Virus record (IMG/VR): IMGVR_UViG_3300037067_015007
Location: 25,321-89,320 of that record
Direction: 5' to 3' (one strand)
From: a virus
Lineage: Duplodnaviria; Caudoviricetes
DNA: 64,000 bases
Made by a program: the position numbers and the translations under genes. The first letter of the stretch is position 1. Every line of letters starts with the position of its first letter. This document shows, one piece after another, positions 31,591-41,676 of the stretch. The notes beneath the pieces were generated by a model, which was not told the DNA's origin, searched no databases, and saw only the letters and a program-made list of their open reading frames with translations.

Positions 31591-32136
31591 ATGGATAATC
31601 AAAACGGAACGATTTATATAGCCACCAATCTAATCAATAGAAAGCAATATGTGGGGCAAACTATTAGAACTTTGAAAGAAAGAATAAACTGTCATAAATC
31701 TTCTCTTTCTTATTGTTTTGGAAATGCTATCAAAAAATACGGAATTCAAAATTTTAAATGGGTTCCTATTGAATATCCTATTGAAGAATTAGATAAAATG
31801 GAGTGTTTTTGGATTCAAACACTAAACACCATTAGGCCTAATGGATATAATTTACAATATGGTGGACAAAAATCTCATTCTTATTCAGAAGAATTAAAAA
31901 GAAAAATGAGAGAAAATCATACAGATTATTCAGGAAAAAATCACCCTCGTTTTGGTTTACATTGGGATGAAGAACACAAACAAAATCAAAGTAAAAAATT
32001 AAAAGGTAGGTTTATAGGTGAAAAAAATCCTAATTTTGGCAATAAATGGACACAAGAACAAAAAGATGCATTGAGTAAGAAAAAGAAAGAAATGCATCAA
32101 AATAAGATACAAAGAATAAATAATATAGAGGAGTAA
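31591..32136 (+). CDS. GIY-YIG homing endonuclease
   Basis: GTIYIATNLINRKQYVGQT; PNGYNLQYGG. Confidence 0.85.
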   Translation: MDNQNGTIYIATNLINRKQYVGQTIRTLKERINCHKSSLSYCFGNAIKKYGIQNFKWVPIEYPIEELDKMECFWIQTLNTIRPNGYNLQYGGQKSHSYSEELKRKMRENHTDYSGKNHPRFGLHWDEEHKQNQSKKLKGRFIGEKNPNFGNKWTQEQKDALSKKKKEMHQNKIQRINNIEE

Positions 32137-32142
32137 GATAAA

Positions 32143-33246
32143 ATGGCAAAATATAAATCAGTTGCGGGTTATACAGGAACAAATTATGACCAAAGTGTTA
32201 TCTGGTCATATAAAACGGACATAGATAGAAATGTTCTTGCAAGATGGTTTGTTAATATTTACGAACAAGGGGTATTAAAATACACTCCATCGGCTACAGG
32301 CCAAGTGGGGCCGACTATTGCGGCAGGAACATCTTTCTTGATTAAACAAAAAGATGCAACAAGTCCAAATGAAAAAATAGCCAAAGTCGATATGATTTAT
32401 GACTATACTCTTCCTGTTTATGGTGATGCTGCGGGGTATGCTTTAATTGCTATGTGGGAAAACGCCGCAGACGAATATCGAGGCGTTGAATTTTATTTAA
32501 AAACCCCTGCTGAAATGGTATTAATAGTTGCCGCAGGATACAATTATGTTCAGTTCGGAACAGTAGAAATAGATTCAACGGCAGGGGCACCGACCCCAGG
32601 TTGGGTGGTTTCAAACACTACAGTTGGAATGACCCAAGCAGGTATGTCATCAGGATTGTTAGGTTATTCAGGATATAGCGGTATAGGTTTATCGGGATTC
32701 TCAGGTTATTCAGGAGACCCTGCCGCCAATTCAGGATTCTCAGGCTGGTCAGGAACATCGGGAGAAAAAGGTGATATCGGTCCAGGCGGTGGAGATTCAG
32801 GATTTTCAGGATGGTCGGGTGTATCAGGATATAGTAGTACAGTCCCAGGAAGTCAGGGAACTTCAGGATATTCAGGAAGGTCTGGCTTTTCAGGACTCAC
32901 AGGTTCAGAATGTATTCTATTGACTTGTTCAGACGAAACTACTCCTTTGACGACAGGGACAAAAATAACATTCAGAATGCCTTATGCTATGAGTTTCTTA
33001 TATGGTAGAGTCAAAGCAAGTTTAACAACTGCAAGTAGTGTAGGTATTACTGATATCGATGTCCGTAAGGCAGGACTGACTATTTTATCAGCGTCAATAT
33101 CTATGGGGCCAACCGAAGAAGTAAAAACAGGTGCAGGATTTTCTACAACTTCTTTAGTTGAAAATGATAAAATAACTGTTTATTTATCTTCAGTAGGAAC
33201 AGGGGCAACGGGACTTAAAGTTTATTTGATTGGAAACAAGGCATAA
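32143..33246 (+). CDS. tail fibre-like protein with SG-repeat segment and C-terminal beta-sandwich
   Basis: GYSGYSG..SGFSG run; C-terminal domain ITFRMPYAM...VKASLTTAS...DIDVRKAG...GLKVYL. Confidence 0.6.
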   Translation: MAKYKSVAGYTGTNYDQSVIWSYKTDIDRNVLARWFVNIYEQGVLKYTPSATGQVGPTIAAGTSFLIKQKDATSPNEKIAKVDMIYDYTLPVYGDAAGYALIAMWENAADEYRGVEFYLKTPAEMVLIVAAGYNYVQFGTVEIDSTAGAPTPGWVVSNTTVGMTQAGMSSGLLGYSGYSGIGLSGFSGYSGDPAANSGFSGWSGTSGEKGDIGPGGGDSGFSGWSGVSGYSSTVPGSQGTSGYSGRSGFSGLTGSECILLTCSDETTPLTTGTKITFRMPYAMSFLYGRVKASLTTASSVGITDIDVRKAGLTILSASISMGPTEEVKTGAGFSTTSLVENDKITVYLSSVGTGATGLKVYLIGNKA

Positions 33247-33262
33247 AAATGGAGATTGAAAT

Positions 33263-34474
33263 ATGATTGGATTTGTTGACCCTTATCAATTTACTAATGT
33301 TCCTGTAGGAGTTATTATTCCTTGGGCATCGGGAGCGCATATACCGCCTACGGGTTGGACTTTCTTTACTGCTCCAAATCCAGGTGTTGGTGGATTTAGC
33401 GGATGTTACATAAGAGCCGCAGGGGGAACAGTAGGTGTAAATACAACGGGAATTGGAGGCACTCCTGCGGGGCATGTAAGATTTGATTCACAACCTGATG
33501 GGACACATCTTGGTACAGGCGGGGCAGCAAACCAAGCAGAAGCATATACGCAAGATGTACAATGCCCTGCCCATAATCCTTCTTGGAGATTAGAAGGCGG
33601 CGAAGAATCTGGAAATCATACACATACTTTAGATGCAACACCTGTAATGGGATATACACAATTTCAATTTATTAGGGCTTCAGTACAAGTTGAAAAATTT
33701 CCGATAAACGGTGTTCTCCTAAACACTACACACTCTGCAAGTTCTCTTCAATCAATTTATACTCAAATAGCAAGTACAGGAAAATATCTTCGAGCTGCCG
33801 ATAGATATTCTTCCGCAGAAACTTCATGTCCGACAACAATGGACAATACTCTTGATAATGGAAAACACAGACATTATTGGTGGCCAGCATATTGGGCTTT
33901 AGGCCCAGGTGGGACAAATAGCCAAAATATTTTTTATAGTTCTGTTGGGCCAAATTGGGACGGATGGACAGGATATCATTTGCATACAATCAACTCAGTT
34001 AGTTTAGTAGATAATATTAAAAAAATATATACAACTGCATGGACAAATCAAACAACAGAATTTACAGGATTCAGAGGAATGCTTGCATTTTGGGATGGAA
34101 TAACACCTGCAACTTGTCCTGATGGATGGTCTCTCTGCGATGGTTCTAATGGAACAATTGATATGAGGGAATATTTTATTATGATGGGTGGTATAACAGA
34201 AACAACGCCTTTGGGATTCAAAACAGGAACTAACCAAATTAATGTTGTACCCGCATCGGGAAATATGTTAGCGACTCAAAACTTTACCAATCTTCCTGGT
34301 GGTCAGGGTCATAGGCATACTGAAAATGAATATGTAGATATTAGTGGTGGTTATAGATTAACAAGTGCATGGCATATGCCTTTTGATGTGAACCATTGGC
34401 ACGGTTCAACACAAGGACTTAGCCTATCATATTATCCACAATATTATGGACTTTATGTTATTCAAAAATTATAA
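33263..34474 (+). CDS. tail fibre tip / receptor-binding protein with two collar-like domains
   Basis: PVGVIIPW...PPTGW and GMLAFW...PDGWSLCDGSNGTIDMR; several HxH motifs (HTH, HRH, HLH, HWH). Confidence 0.7.
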   Translation: MIGFVDPYQFTNVPVGVIIPWASGAHIPPTGWTFFTAPNPGVGGFSGCYIRAAGGTVGVNTTGIGGTPAGHVRFDSQPDGTHLGTGGAANQAEAYTQDVQCPAHNPSWRLEGGEESGNHTHTLDATPVMGYTQFQFIRASVQVEKFPINGVLLNTTHSASSLQSIYTQIASTGKYLRAADRYSSAETSCPTTMDNTLDNGKHRHYWWPAYWALGPGGTNSQNIFYSSVGPNWDGWTGYHLHTINSVSLVDNIKKIYTTAWTNQTTEFTGFRGMLAFWDGITPATCPDGWSLCDGSNGTIDMREYFIMMGGITETTPLGFKTGTNQINVVPASGNMLATQNFTNLPGGQGHRHTENEYVDISGGYRLTSAWHMPFDVNHWHGSTQGLSLSYYPQYYGLYVIQKL

Positions 34475-34475
34475 A

Positions 34476-35018
34476 ATGAAAAAGAAATATTTTACAGAAG
34501 AAGAAAAAATAATTGCTAAAAAAGAATATCAAAAGAAGTATAAAAAAACGCATAAAGAAGAAAGAAAAAAATATGATAAAAAGTATTGTCAAAATCACAA
34601 AGAAAATATAGCCATAAAGAAGAAAGAATATTATGAAAACCATAAAGAAAAAACAAATATATATCAAAAAGAATATAGAAATAATAGATTAAAAAAAGAT
34701 ATTAATTTTAGAATGATTTGCTATTTACGAAGTAGAATGTATTGGTCAATTAGAGGAAACTATAAATCAGGCTCCGCAGTCAGAGACCTCGGTTGTCCTA
34801 TTTCTGAATTTAAGACCTATATAGAATCAAAGTTCCAAGACGGAATGACTTGGGAAAATTGGAGTAAAACGGGTTGGCATATAGACCATATTATACCTTT
34901 AGATTCTTTCAATCTTCAGAATAGGGAAGAATTTCTAAAAGCCTGTCATTATACAAATCTTCAACCTATGTGGGCTGAAGAGAATTTGAGAAAAGGGGGT
35001 AAAGTATGCCGAACATAA
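34476..35018 (+). CDS. HNH homing endonuclease (no leader RNA)
   Basis: GWHIDHIIPL...ACHYTNLQPMWAEEN. ATG directly after the upstream stop. Confidence 0.9.
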   Translation: MKKKYFTEEEKIIAKKEYQKKYKKTHKEERKKYDKKYCQNHKENIAIKKKEYYENHKEKTNIYQKEYRNNRLKKDINFRMICYLRSRMYWSIRGNYKSGSAVRDLGCPISEFKTYIESKFQDGMTWENWSKTGWHIDHIIPLDSFNLQNREEFLKACHYTNLQPMWAEENLRKGGKVCRT

Positions 35019-35845
35019 ATGCCCGTGAAATCATGGGGCTAGGAGCCGTATCAGGAATATCAGGATACAGCGGAAAAGTTGGAACATCAGGATATTCAGG
35101 AATTTCAGGAATATCAGGATGGAGTGGGGAAAATCCTGGTGCATCGGGACTTTCAGGATATAGTGCATGGTCAGGATTTTCAGGAATAAGTGCATGGTCA
35201 GGATTTTCAGGAATAAGTGCATGGTCAGGATTTTCAGGAGCAACAGGGGCATCAGGTTTTTCAGGAGTAGCAAGCGCAGCAACTTCAGGATGGTCTGGAC
35301 CAAGTGGATTTTCAGGTTACTCAGGTAAAAGTGGATTCAGCGGCTACTCAGGTGTCTCAGGATTTTCAGGAGCAGGTACAAGTGGATTTTCTGCATGGAG
35401 TGGATATAGTGGATATAGTGGGTATAGTGGTAAAAGTGGGTATAGTGGCCCTTCAGGATATTCAGGCCCAAGCGGATATTCAAGTATAAGTGGATACAGC
35501 GGCCCTTCAGGATTTTCAGGATATAGTGCCGCCAACCTTGGATATTATTCAGCAACTTTTGATGCCTCTGCTTCTTGGTCAGATGCAACAACTTATTACA
35601 GAGTTGATTTTACTCACAATCTTAATTCACAAAAACTTCTCGTTCAAGTTTGGGATGAAACTATTTCACCAGGAAATTCGGGATATGACCCTGTTCCTGT
35701 AGCACCATATTATGAAACACAAACAATTCCTAAACCGTTCCAACTTGTAAAAAGAGGAGCAAATGTTCTCAGATTGCAAGTAAACCAAACACCAGGAGTT
35801 GATGGACGTTTTGCAGGTAGAATTGTTATTGTAAGTGTACCGTAA
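35006..35845 (+). CDS. (Ser-Gly-X)n repeat fibre protein
   Basis: About 55 consecutive SGX triplets, then an FTHNLNSQKLLVQVWD domain. Confidence 0.7.
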   Translation: MPNINAREIMGLGAVSGISGYSGKVGTSGYSGISGISGWSGENPGASGLSGYSAWSGFSGISAWSGFSGISAWSGFSGATGASGFSGVASAATSGWSGPSGFSGYSGKSGFSGYSGVSGFSGAGTSGFSAWSGYSGYSGYSGKSGYSGPSGYSGPSGYSSISGYSGPSGFSGYSAANLGYYSATFDASASWSDATTYYRVDFTHNLNSQKLLVQVWDETISPGNSGYDPVPVAPYYETQTIPKPFQLVKRGANVLRLQVNQTPGVDGRFAGRIVIVSVP

Positions 35846-35871
35846 TTTTTCGATAAGGATAAATAATTTAG

Positions 35872-36195
35872 ATGGGCTTACAAGCAGGAGAGATACTTCT
35901 AAACAATAATCAATCAGCATATGCTGACCTGCTAACCTTCTACACTTTAACTTTCAAAGGTGCGAAAATAGCATACACCATAATTCGAGGCGACCTAGTT
36001 GAACAAGGCGATATTTATTTATCATACAATCGATTTGCTGATACTGCACAAATAACAACAGAAGCAAATTTTGACGATACAGGTGTTCAATTTTGCGCTT
36101 CAGTTAATGAAGGGTATATTCGTCTTTTGTACACATCGACAAATACGGGAATAACTCCCATTTTCAAACATAACATAACATTCTTTCCACTATAA
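35872..36195 (+). CDS. small putative virion protein
   Basis: GAKIAYTIIRG..VEQG.IY...beta-rich; TAAATA upstream; coupled to the next gene. Confidence 0.55.
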   Translation: MGLQAGEILLNNNQSAYADLLTFYTLTFKGAKIAYTIIRGDLVEQGDIYLSYNRFADTAQITTEANFDDTGVQFCASVNEGYIRLLYTSTNTGITPIFKHNITFFPL

Positions 36196-37805
36196 TGAGC
36201 AAGAGAATATTTCAAAACTGCGGTAAGGTTTTTACAATAGAAGATAGTGGTCTAATTACCGCAGGAGATACTTCTCAATATGACACATTAGTAACAAGCG
36301 ATAATGATATTCCAAATAAAGCATATGTAGATTCTCATGGTGCTGGTGCATCAGGATGGTCAGGATATTCTGGACCAAGTGGTTATTCTGGACCAAGTGG
36401 GTATTCAGGTATATCAGGATTTTCAAGTCAAAGTGGCTATTCAGGAGTCAGCGGATTTACAGGTTATTCAGGAGTTAGTGGTTATTCAGGATATTCAGGA
36501 GTAAGTGGATATTCAGGATATTCAGGAGTCAGCGGTTATAGTGGAACAAGTGGATATTCAGGCTATTCAGGCGTAAGTGGTTATTCAGGGGTAAGCGGTT
36601 TCTCTGCCTACAGCGGAATAAGTGGATATTCAGGCGTAAGTGGTTATTCAGGTAAAAGTGGATATAGCGGCTACAGCGGGGCTAGTGGTTTTAGTGGATT
36701 GGCTTCAATTGGGGGAGCATATGTTTACACTAAACTAGTTGGTGATGCAAATGCCACTTGGACTATCGTTCATAACTTAGGTCAACAATATGTTAATGTA
36801 CAATTAATTAATGGAGCAACAGGAACGGCATTTGATGGAACTTATGATTTTCCAACAATAACTTTTGATAATGCAAACCAATTAACAGTTACATTTGGTT
36901 CTGCACAATATGGTTGGGCTTCAGTTGTATCAGGCGGCGGCATTAGTGGATACTCAGGTTCAGATGCACAGCAATCAGGATATAGCGGTGTTTCAGGATA
37001 TAGTGGAGTAAGTGGATATAGTGGAGTCTCAGGATTTTCTGGAACAGTAACAAAGGGAAATACAGGAGATTCAGGATATAGCGGTTATTCAGGGGTCAGC
37101 GGTTACAGCGGAGTCAGCGGTTATTCAGGTAAAAGTGGATATAGCGGTTACTCAGGCGTAAGTGGTTACTCTGCATACTCAGGCGTAAGTGGTTATTCAG
37201 GCTATTCAGGGACTAGCGGTTATTCAGGCAAAAGTGGATATAGCGGTTACTCAGGCGTATCAGGCACTTCGGGTTGGAGCGGTACTTCAGGCACAAAAGG
37301 CAATACAGGCGCAACAGGCACATCGGGCTACTCAGGCACATCAGGCGCAAAGGGTGCATCAGGCGCAAAAGGCACATCGGGCTACTCAGGCACATCTGGA
37401 TACTCCGGAGTTGGTACTACGACAGGAACTTGGACTCCAACAATTACAGGGGGCACTACAGAAGGAACAACGACTTATACTATTCAAGATGGTTATTATA
37501 TTCAAATAGGAAAATTAGTATATGCAACTTGTAGGGTAACTTGGACAAATGCTACAGGCACAGGCACAATAAAGTTAGATGGTCTTCCTGCAACAGTTAA
37601 AAATGTTACAAACGGAACGCAAGTTATAACGATATATGCTCAAAGTGGGATTGCACATACTGCGGGAAATTTAATACAAGGATATTTAGTTCCTAATACA
37701 ACTTATGGACTTATGACCCAAGTGGATAAAGATGGAGTACTTGATAATTTATATATAGTTACAGCAGGTTCATTCAGACTTGGGATAACATATTTGGCAG
37801 AATAG
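36195..37805 (+). CDS. long (Ser-Gly-X)n repeat fibre protein
   Basis: Two long SGYSGV blocks separated by a WTIVHNLGQQYVNVQ domain; C-terminal GTWTPT...GYYIQIGKLVY...LDGLP adhesin-like domain. Confidence 0.75.
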   Translation: MSKRIFQNCGKVFTIEDSGLITAGDTSQYDTLVTSDNDIPNKAYVDSHGAGASGWSGYSGPSGYSGPSGYSGISGFSSQSGYSGVSGFTGYSGVSGYSGYSGVSGYSGYSGVSGYSGTSGYSGYSGVSGYSGVSGFSAYSGISGYSGVSGYSGKSGYSGYSGASGFSGLASIGGAYVYTKLVGDANATWTIVHNLGQQYVNVQLINGATGTAFDGTYDFPTITFDNANQLTVTFGSAQYGWASVVSGGGISGYSGSDAQQSGYSGVSGYSGVSGYSGVSGFSGTVTKGNTGDSGYSGYSGVSGYSGVSGYSGKSGYSGYSGVSGYSAYSGVSGYSGYSGTSGYSGKSGYSGYSGVSGTSGWSGTSGTKGNTGATGTSGYSGTSGAKGASGAKGTSGYSGTSGYSGVGTTTGTWTPTITGGTTEGTTTYTIQDGYYIQIGKLVYATCRVTWTNATGTGTIKLDGLPATVKNVTNGTQVITIYAQSGIAHTAGNLIQGYLVPNTTYGLMTQVDKDGVLDNLYIVTAGSFRLGITYLAE

Positions 37806-37816
37806 GAGATAAAGAA

Positions 37817-37903
37817 ATGGCAACAACTAAACTAAACAATTTCTATCGGGGTGATACACGGTCATATGCTTTAACATTCACAAGCAATAGTGTTTGCCTA
37901 TGA
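37817..37903 (+). pseudogene. 28-codon N-terminal stub of a baseplate-upper-protein-like gene
   Basis: AGGAG SD, then MATTKLNNFYRGDTRSYALTF, then a stop at 37901; the downstream coding sequence is in another frame. Confidence 0.5.
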
Positions 37904-38420
37904 TATTACAGGTGCTGCGGGAACAGGTAACACAGGCGCAGGTGGAACTTATTGTTTTTCAGTTCCCGCTACAGGAGCGCACAGCGACCATTCTTGCTCA
38001 GCAGTCCTCAATAACGATGCGGTTAAAAAAGCAATATTGACAGCATGGAGTAATGCTTCAGCAGATTTTAGTGCGGTCGCAGGAATGATAGCAATGTACG
38101 AAAGTACAACCCCCCCTGCGGGATGGTCTCTTTGTAATGGTGCTGGAGCCACGATGGATTTACGGGATTACTTTGTTTATATAGGCACAACAGGAACACA
38201 CGGAACGAGGTCAGGAACTAACAGAGTATCTGTTGATATTACTATTGGTTCATCTAGCAACACCCACAATCACCAATCAGGAGGGCATTTAGAAGAAGGA
38301 GACACCTTTGTTCGCCACGGCTCATATTCTAACACTCATTCGCATGATGGAACAATTACAGGCTCAATTCATAATTTTATTCCTGTTTATTATGCCTTAG
38401 CATTTATTCAAAAAGATTAG
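37890..38420 (+). CDS. C-terminal fragment of a tail-fibre tip protein (collar-like domain)
   Basis: GMIAMY...PPAGWSLCNG...MDLRDYF and HTH/HSH motifs, paralogous to the second half of 33263-34474; GTG start without a clear SD. Confidence 0.55.
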   Translation: MFAYDITGAAGTGNTGAGGTYCFSVPATGAHSDHSCSAVLNNDAVKKAILTAWSNASADFSAVAGMIAMYESTTPPAGWSLCNGAGATMDLRDYFVYIGTTGTHGTRSGTNRVSVDITIGSSSNTHNHQSGGHLEEGDTFVRHGSYSNTHSHDGTITGSIHNFIPVYYALAFIQKD

Positions 38421-38428
38421 GAGGAAAA

Positions 38429-39085
38429 ATGAACAGCAAAATGTTTTTAATTGAAAAGGGGAAATTCGTTGTGATTAGAGACAACAACGACAACGAAATC
38501 TCATTCAGTACGATAGAAGAGTTTAAAAAATTCTATCCTGAAATTGGGACTTTTATTGATAGTAAATGGTATGTTGACTATGAACCAAATCGATATTGTC
38601 ATTTTATTATCATAGATAATAATACAGAGAATATTTTTAAAACCAATCCGTTTGTTCAGGAATACGAACAGGCCATTGTCAATCTTCAAGTAATAATCGA
38701 CAGGAAAAATAACCCATATTACAACAAGACCTTAGAAGAGGCTAAAGCAATTGCCATTACTGACTTAAAATCAAATACCCGTAGTTATATCAATCAACAT
38801 ATGCCTGATTGGAAACAGTTCCGTTGGAATCAGTTTATGCAAATTTATGAAAAAGTTAAAAAGAATGAAACACTAACAGATTTAGAAACGGCTGTTTATA
38901 ATGATTTCCCTGATACAGAAACAGGAGAAACGGCGAAATCTTGTTATGATGATTGCCAAACCGCATTCAATTGGAACCTAATCTGTATCAAAGAGAACAA
39001 CAAAGCGGAAAAATTAATTCAAAAAACTACCACAATTGAGGAAATAAAGACAATAATCCCCGCATATCCTGTTTGGCCTTTGTAA
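38429..39085 (+). CDS. putative tail fibre assembly/chaperone protein
   Basis: Follows the fibre tip; KTLEEAKAIAITDLK helical domain; terminal YPVWP. Confidence 0.5.
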   Translation: MNSKMFLIEKGKFVVIRDNNDNEISFSTIEEFKKFYPEIGTFIDSKWYVDYEPNRYCHFIIIDNNTENIFKTNPFVQEYEQAIVNLQVIIDRKNNPYYNKTLEEAKAIAITDLKSNTRSYINQHMPDWKQFRWNQFMQIYEKVKKNETLTDLETAVYNDFPDTETGETAKSCYDDCQTAFNWNLICIKENNKAEKLIQKTTTIEEIKTIIPAYPVWPL

Positions 39086-39123
39086 GTTTTTCGTCAATTT
39101 CAATAAATAGTATTGGTGAAAGA

Positions 39124-40239
39124 ATGTTAAACGATAAACAACGAGCAGAATTCTTTTTCAATATTCATGACACAAACAGTATAATCACAGGCGGCAGGAC
39201 TACAGGTGGTTATTATTGTCCTGTCAATTGCATATTCTGTATGTGTAAAGGGGATAATCCTGATATTAATTCCATGATTCCTTTCATTGAAATGGATGAG
39301 TTAAAAGAAGGATTGCGGTTCATTGATTGGAAAAACAAAAAGGTTAACCTTGGTGATGGAATTACAAAATTGTCTGCTGAAGCCTTCGCTCACCCTAGAA
39401 TCTATGATATCTTGGAATACACTTGTAAAAATCTTCCTGACCACCAAGTAAGCATCATGACTACGGGTGTATTGATAAAAGAGGATAAAATAGAATTTTT
39501 AAATAGTTTGAAAAATCTATACATATCTATTTCTGTCAATACATTGCAGGAAAATGAACGCAAGAAAATAATGCCTCATCCTGAAACAGAAAAAATAAAA
39601 ACACTACTCAAAAGATTGAAAAGTGTCGGAGTGCAATTATTGGATATGGGGGATAATGAAATTCTGAAGGCTGATATTGAGGAACTGAAAAAAGTAAATA
39701 AGGCTGATAACTTTCAATTGAGAAGAATAGAACATTCAAAATATCATATTGATGAAGCCGTAACTCTGTCAAAACAAAGTATTGTGAACTATGATAAATC
39801 AGTTCATTACATTCAGGATAATTTTCCCGATGCTACTTATTGGACTCCTTATTTGAGGTACGATTTACGAAATCCTAGAAAAATGCAAGGAGTTTTTACA
39901 TATCTTGCAGAGATATGTGATTTTTTGAATAAGAACAAAACCAAAAAATATTTGTTTTGTGCGGCAGAATCGTCTTATGAATTGTGGGATATTTGGCTTA
40001 GAGGATTCAAAAATGTAAAGGTTAAACTTATCAAAAATGATACATACGGGGGTTCGGTAACTGTAGCAGGATTATTGACATTTGATGATATGAGTAAAAC
40101 ATTGAAACAAACAGACCTTTCGAATATACAAGGATTATTACTACCCCGTATAATGTTAAATAAAGCATTTGCTGATTTGAATGGTAAAACGATTGTGGAT
40201 TTTCATAAAGAAATGGGAGTTTATCCCGTAATAGTGTGA
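39124..40239 (+). CDS. radical SAM protein with DUF512-like C-terminus
   Basis: YCPVNCIFC (CX3CX2C); C-terminal NDTYGGSVTVAGLLT...LLLPRIML. Start moved to ATG 39124. Confidence 0.75.
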   Translation: MLNDKQRAEFFFNIHDTNSIITGGRTTGGYYCPVNCIFCMCKGDNPDINSMIPFIEMDELKEGLRFIDWKNKKVNLGDGITKLSAEAFAHPRIYDILEYTCKNLPDHQVSIMTTGVLIKEDKIEFLNSLKNLYISISVNTLQENERKKIMPHPETEKIKTLLKRLKSVGVQLLDMGDNEILKADIEELKKVNKADNFQLRRIEHSKYHIDEAVTLSKQSIVNYDKSVHYIQDNFPDATYWTPYLRYDLRNPRKMQGVFTYLAEICDFLNKNKTKKYLFCAAESSYELWDIWLRGFKNVKVKLIKNDTYGGSVTVAGLLTFDDMSKTLKQTDLSNIQGLLLPRIMLNKAFADLNGKTIVDFHKEMGVYPVIV

Positions 40240-40279
40240 AATATACTAAATATAGATAGAGAGTAAGGAGGATTAAAAG

Positions 40280-41668
40280 ATGGACAAAATGTATTTTATG
40301 TCGAGTGATATGTTTACTATGACTGCACCTACACAAAAATTTGTAACATGGGACGCTGAAAAAGGCACATGGGTTTTAAATGAAGAGCGTTGGTTTAACT
40401 ATTGCGCTTTAGATATGGCGAACCGTGGTGTGAATATGTTTCGTTGGTTAGGTTGGAGCGTATGGCCTAATTGGACTGACCCGAATGGGTACAAGACCAA
40501 TCTCACACCTTTCATTCAAGTTTCAGATGGTGTGTTTGACCTCACGAAACGCAATGACAAGTATTGGGAAATTGCGGAAAAAATGATTCGGATTATGAAT
40601 TATCCTTCGCAAACAGAAGGAAATACGGCTCCTGGTATTACGCTTTGGATTGACCTTTTCTATCAGTACACAAATAACGCCGATGACCAAAAGTATTCAC
40701 CTTGGCGCAATAACGTTCAAGGAACCAAAAATCTTTACGACATCGAGAACCGTCAGTACGCATTGGCATATATGTTGGAATGGTTCAAACTCGCAAAGGA
40801 AAAAGGTCTAAAGATTGTTTTCGGAATGGGTAATGAAATGACGGCAGAAAGCCTTGACTTTTGTTATTTCGTGTTGGATACAATGGACCAGCAAAGAATT
40901 TGGCCTCACGCTTGGGCAATCTGTCCTGATATTCCTTCAAACGGCAACGACCTTTTCAAGAAACTTCCAGGTTATATTTATGATAGAGGTTTATTCATGT
41001 GGCATCCGCTACGTCAAGACCCCGCAGACAGATGGGATACGAGTATCATTCGTCCGACCCACGGCTGTTGCGGTTGCGTGAACAACCAAGGTGTGAACGT
41101 ATTTGAACAGGCTATGGATTATTGGGCTGTTCATCCTATCCGTTGGCAAGTGAGTGATGACGGTTGCATGGGTGGTTCTACACCACGTCCAGGCGTTGAC
41201 CAATGGACACAGATGGTAACTCGTATCTGCACCTATCGTGGAACAGAAGCCTTGACGAAAGTTTGGAACGGTATTGAAATGCCAATTATGGGTATTGAAC
41301 ATCTTCCTGATGATGAACCTTGGGATGATTGTAGAGAAGAACAACTCAAAATCTTTGAGGCAATGGCGGCTCCTTATGAACTGTATGTTGCCCCATTGGA
41401 GAACAAGGGAAAGTGGACTGTTCCTTATGTGAAACCCGAATGTGAAGTGGGACAGAGCAAAACAATAACCTGTTATGATGGTTCGGTTATCATAACCCAT
41501 ACTTGTGAAAATGGAAAATGGAAAGAAACAGGTAATACTTGTCCTACCCCGCCTGACCAAAAATGTTCCTGTTTTTACTATATAAATTGGAACGACAAAT
41601 TATTTGGAATTCCAAATTTTATCAAATGTATCACAGGAAAGATAGATAAATATTGTAAAAATAAATAA
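40280..41668 (+). CDS. glycoside-hydrolase-like TIM-barrel protein with Cys-rich tail
   Basis: GVNMFRW, FGMGNE (GH-A clan-like NE motif), GIEH; Trp-rich; TAAATA and AAGGAGG upstream. Confidence 0.45.
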   Translation: MDKMYFMSSDMFTMTAPTQKFVTWDAEKGTWVLNEERWFNYCALDMANRGVNMFRWLGWSVWPNWTDPNGYKTNLTPFIQVSDGVFDLTKRNDKYWEIAEKMIRIMNYPSQTEGNTAPGITLWIDLFYQYTNNADDQKYSPWRNNVQGTKNLYDIENRQYALAYMLEWFKLAKEKGLKIVFGMGNEMTAESLDFCYFVLDTMDQQRIWPHAWAICPDIPSNGNDLFKKLPGYIYDRGLFMWHPLRQDPADRWDTSIIRPTHGCCGCVNNQGVNVFEQAMDYWAVHPIRWQVSDDGCMGGSTPRPGVDQWTQMVTRICTYRGTEALTKVWNGIEMPIMGIEHLPDDEPWDDCREEQLKIFEAMAAPYELYVAPLENKGKWTVPYVKPECEVGQSKTITCYDGSVIITHTCENGKWKETGNTCPTPPDQKCSCFYYINWNDKLFGIPNFIKCITGKIDKYCKNK

Positions 41669-41676
41669 TAAAACAC

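Noticed and set aside
35031-37534. Alternative-frame and antisense ORFs in the SG-repeat genes
   Set aside because: These are by-products of low-complexity triplet repeats.
33263-38420. Diversity-generating retroelement acting on the fibre tips
   Set aside because: No reverse transcriptase, and no near-identical TR/VR pair differing at adenines was seen; the two tip paralogs are too divergent.
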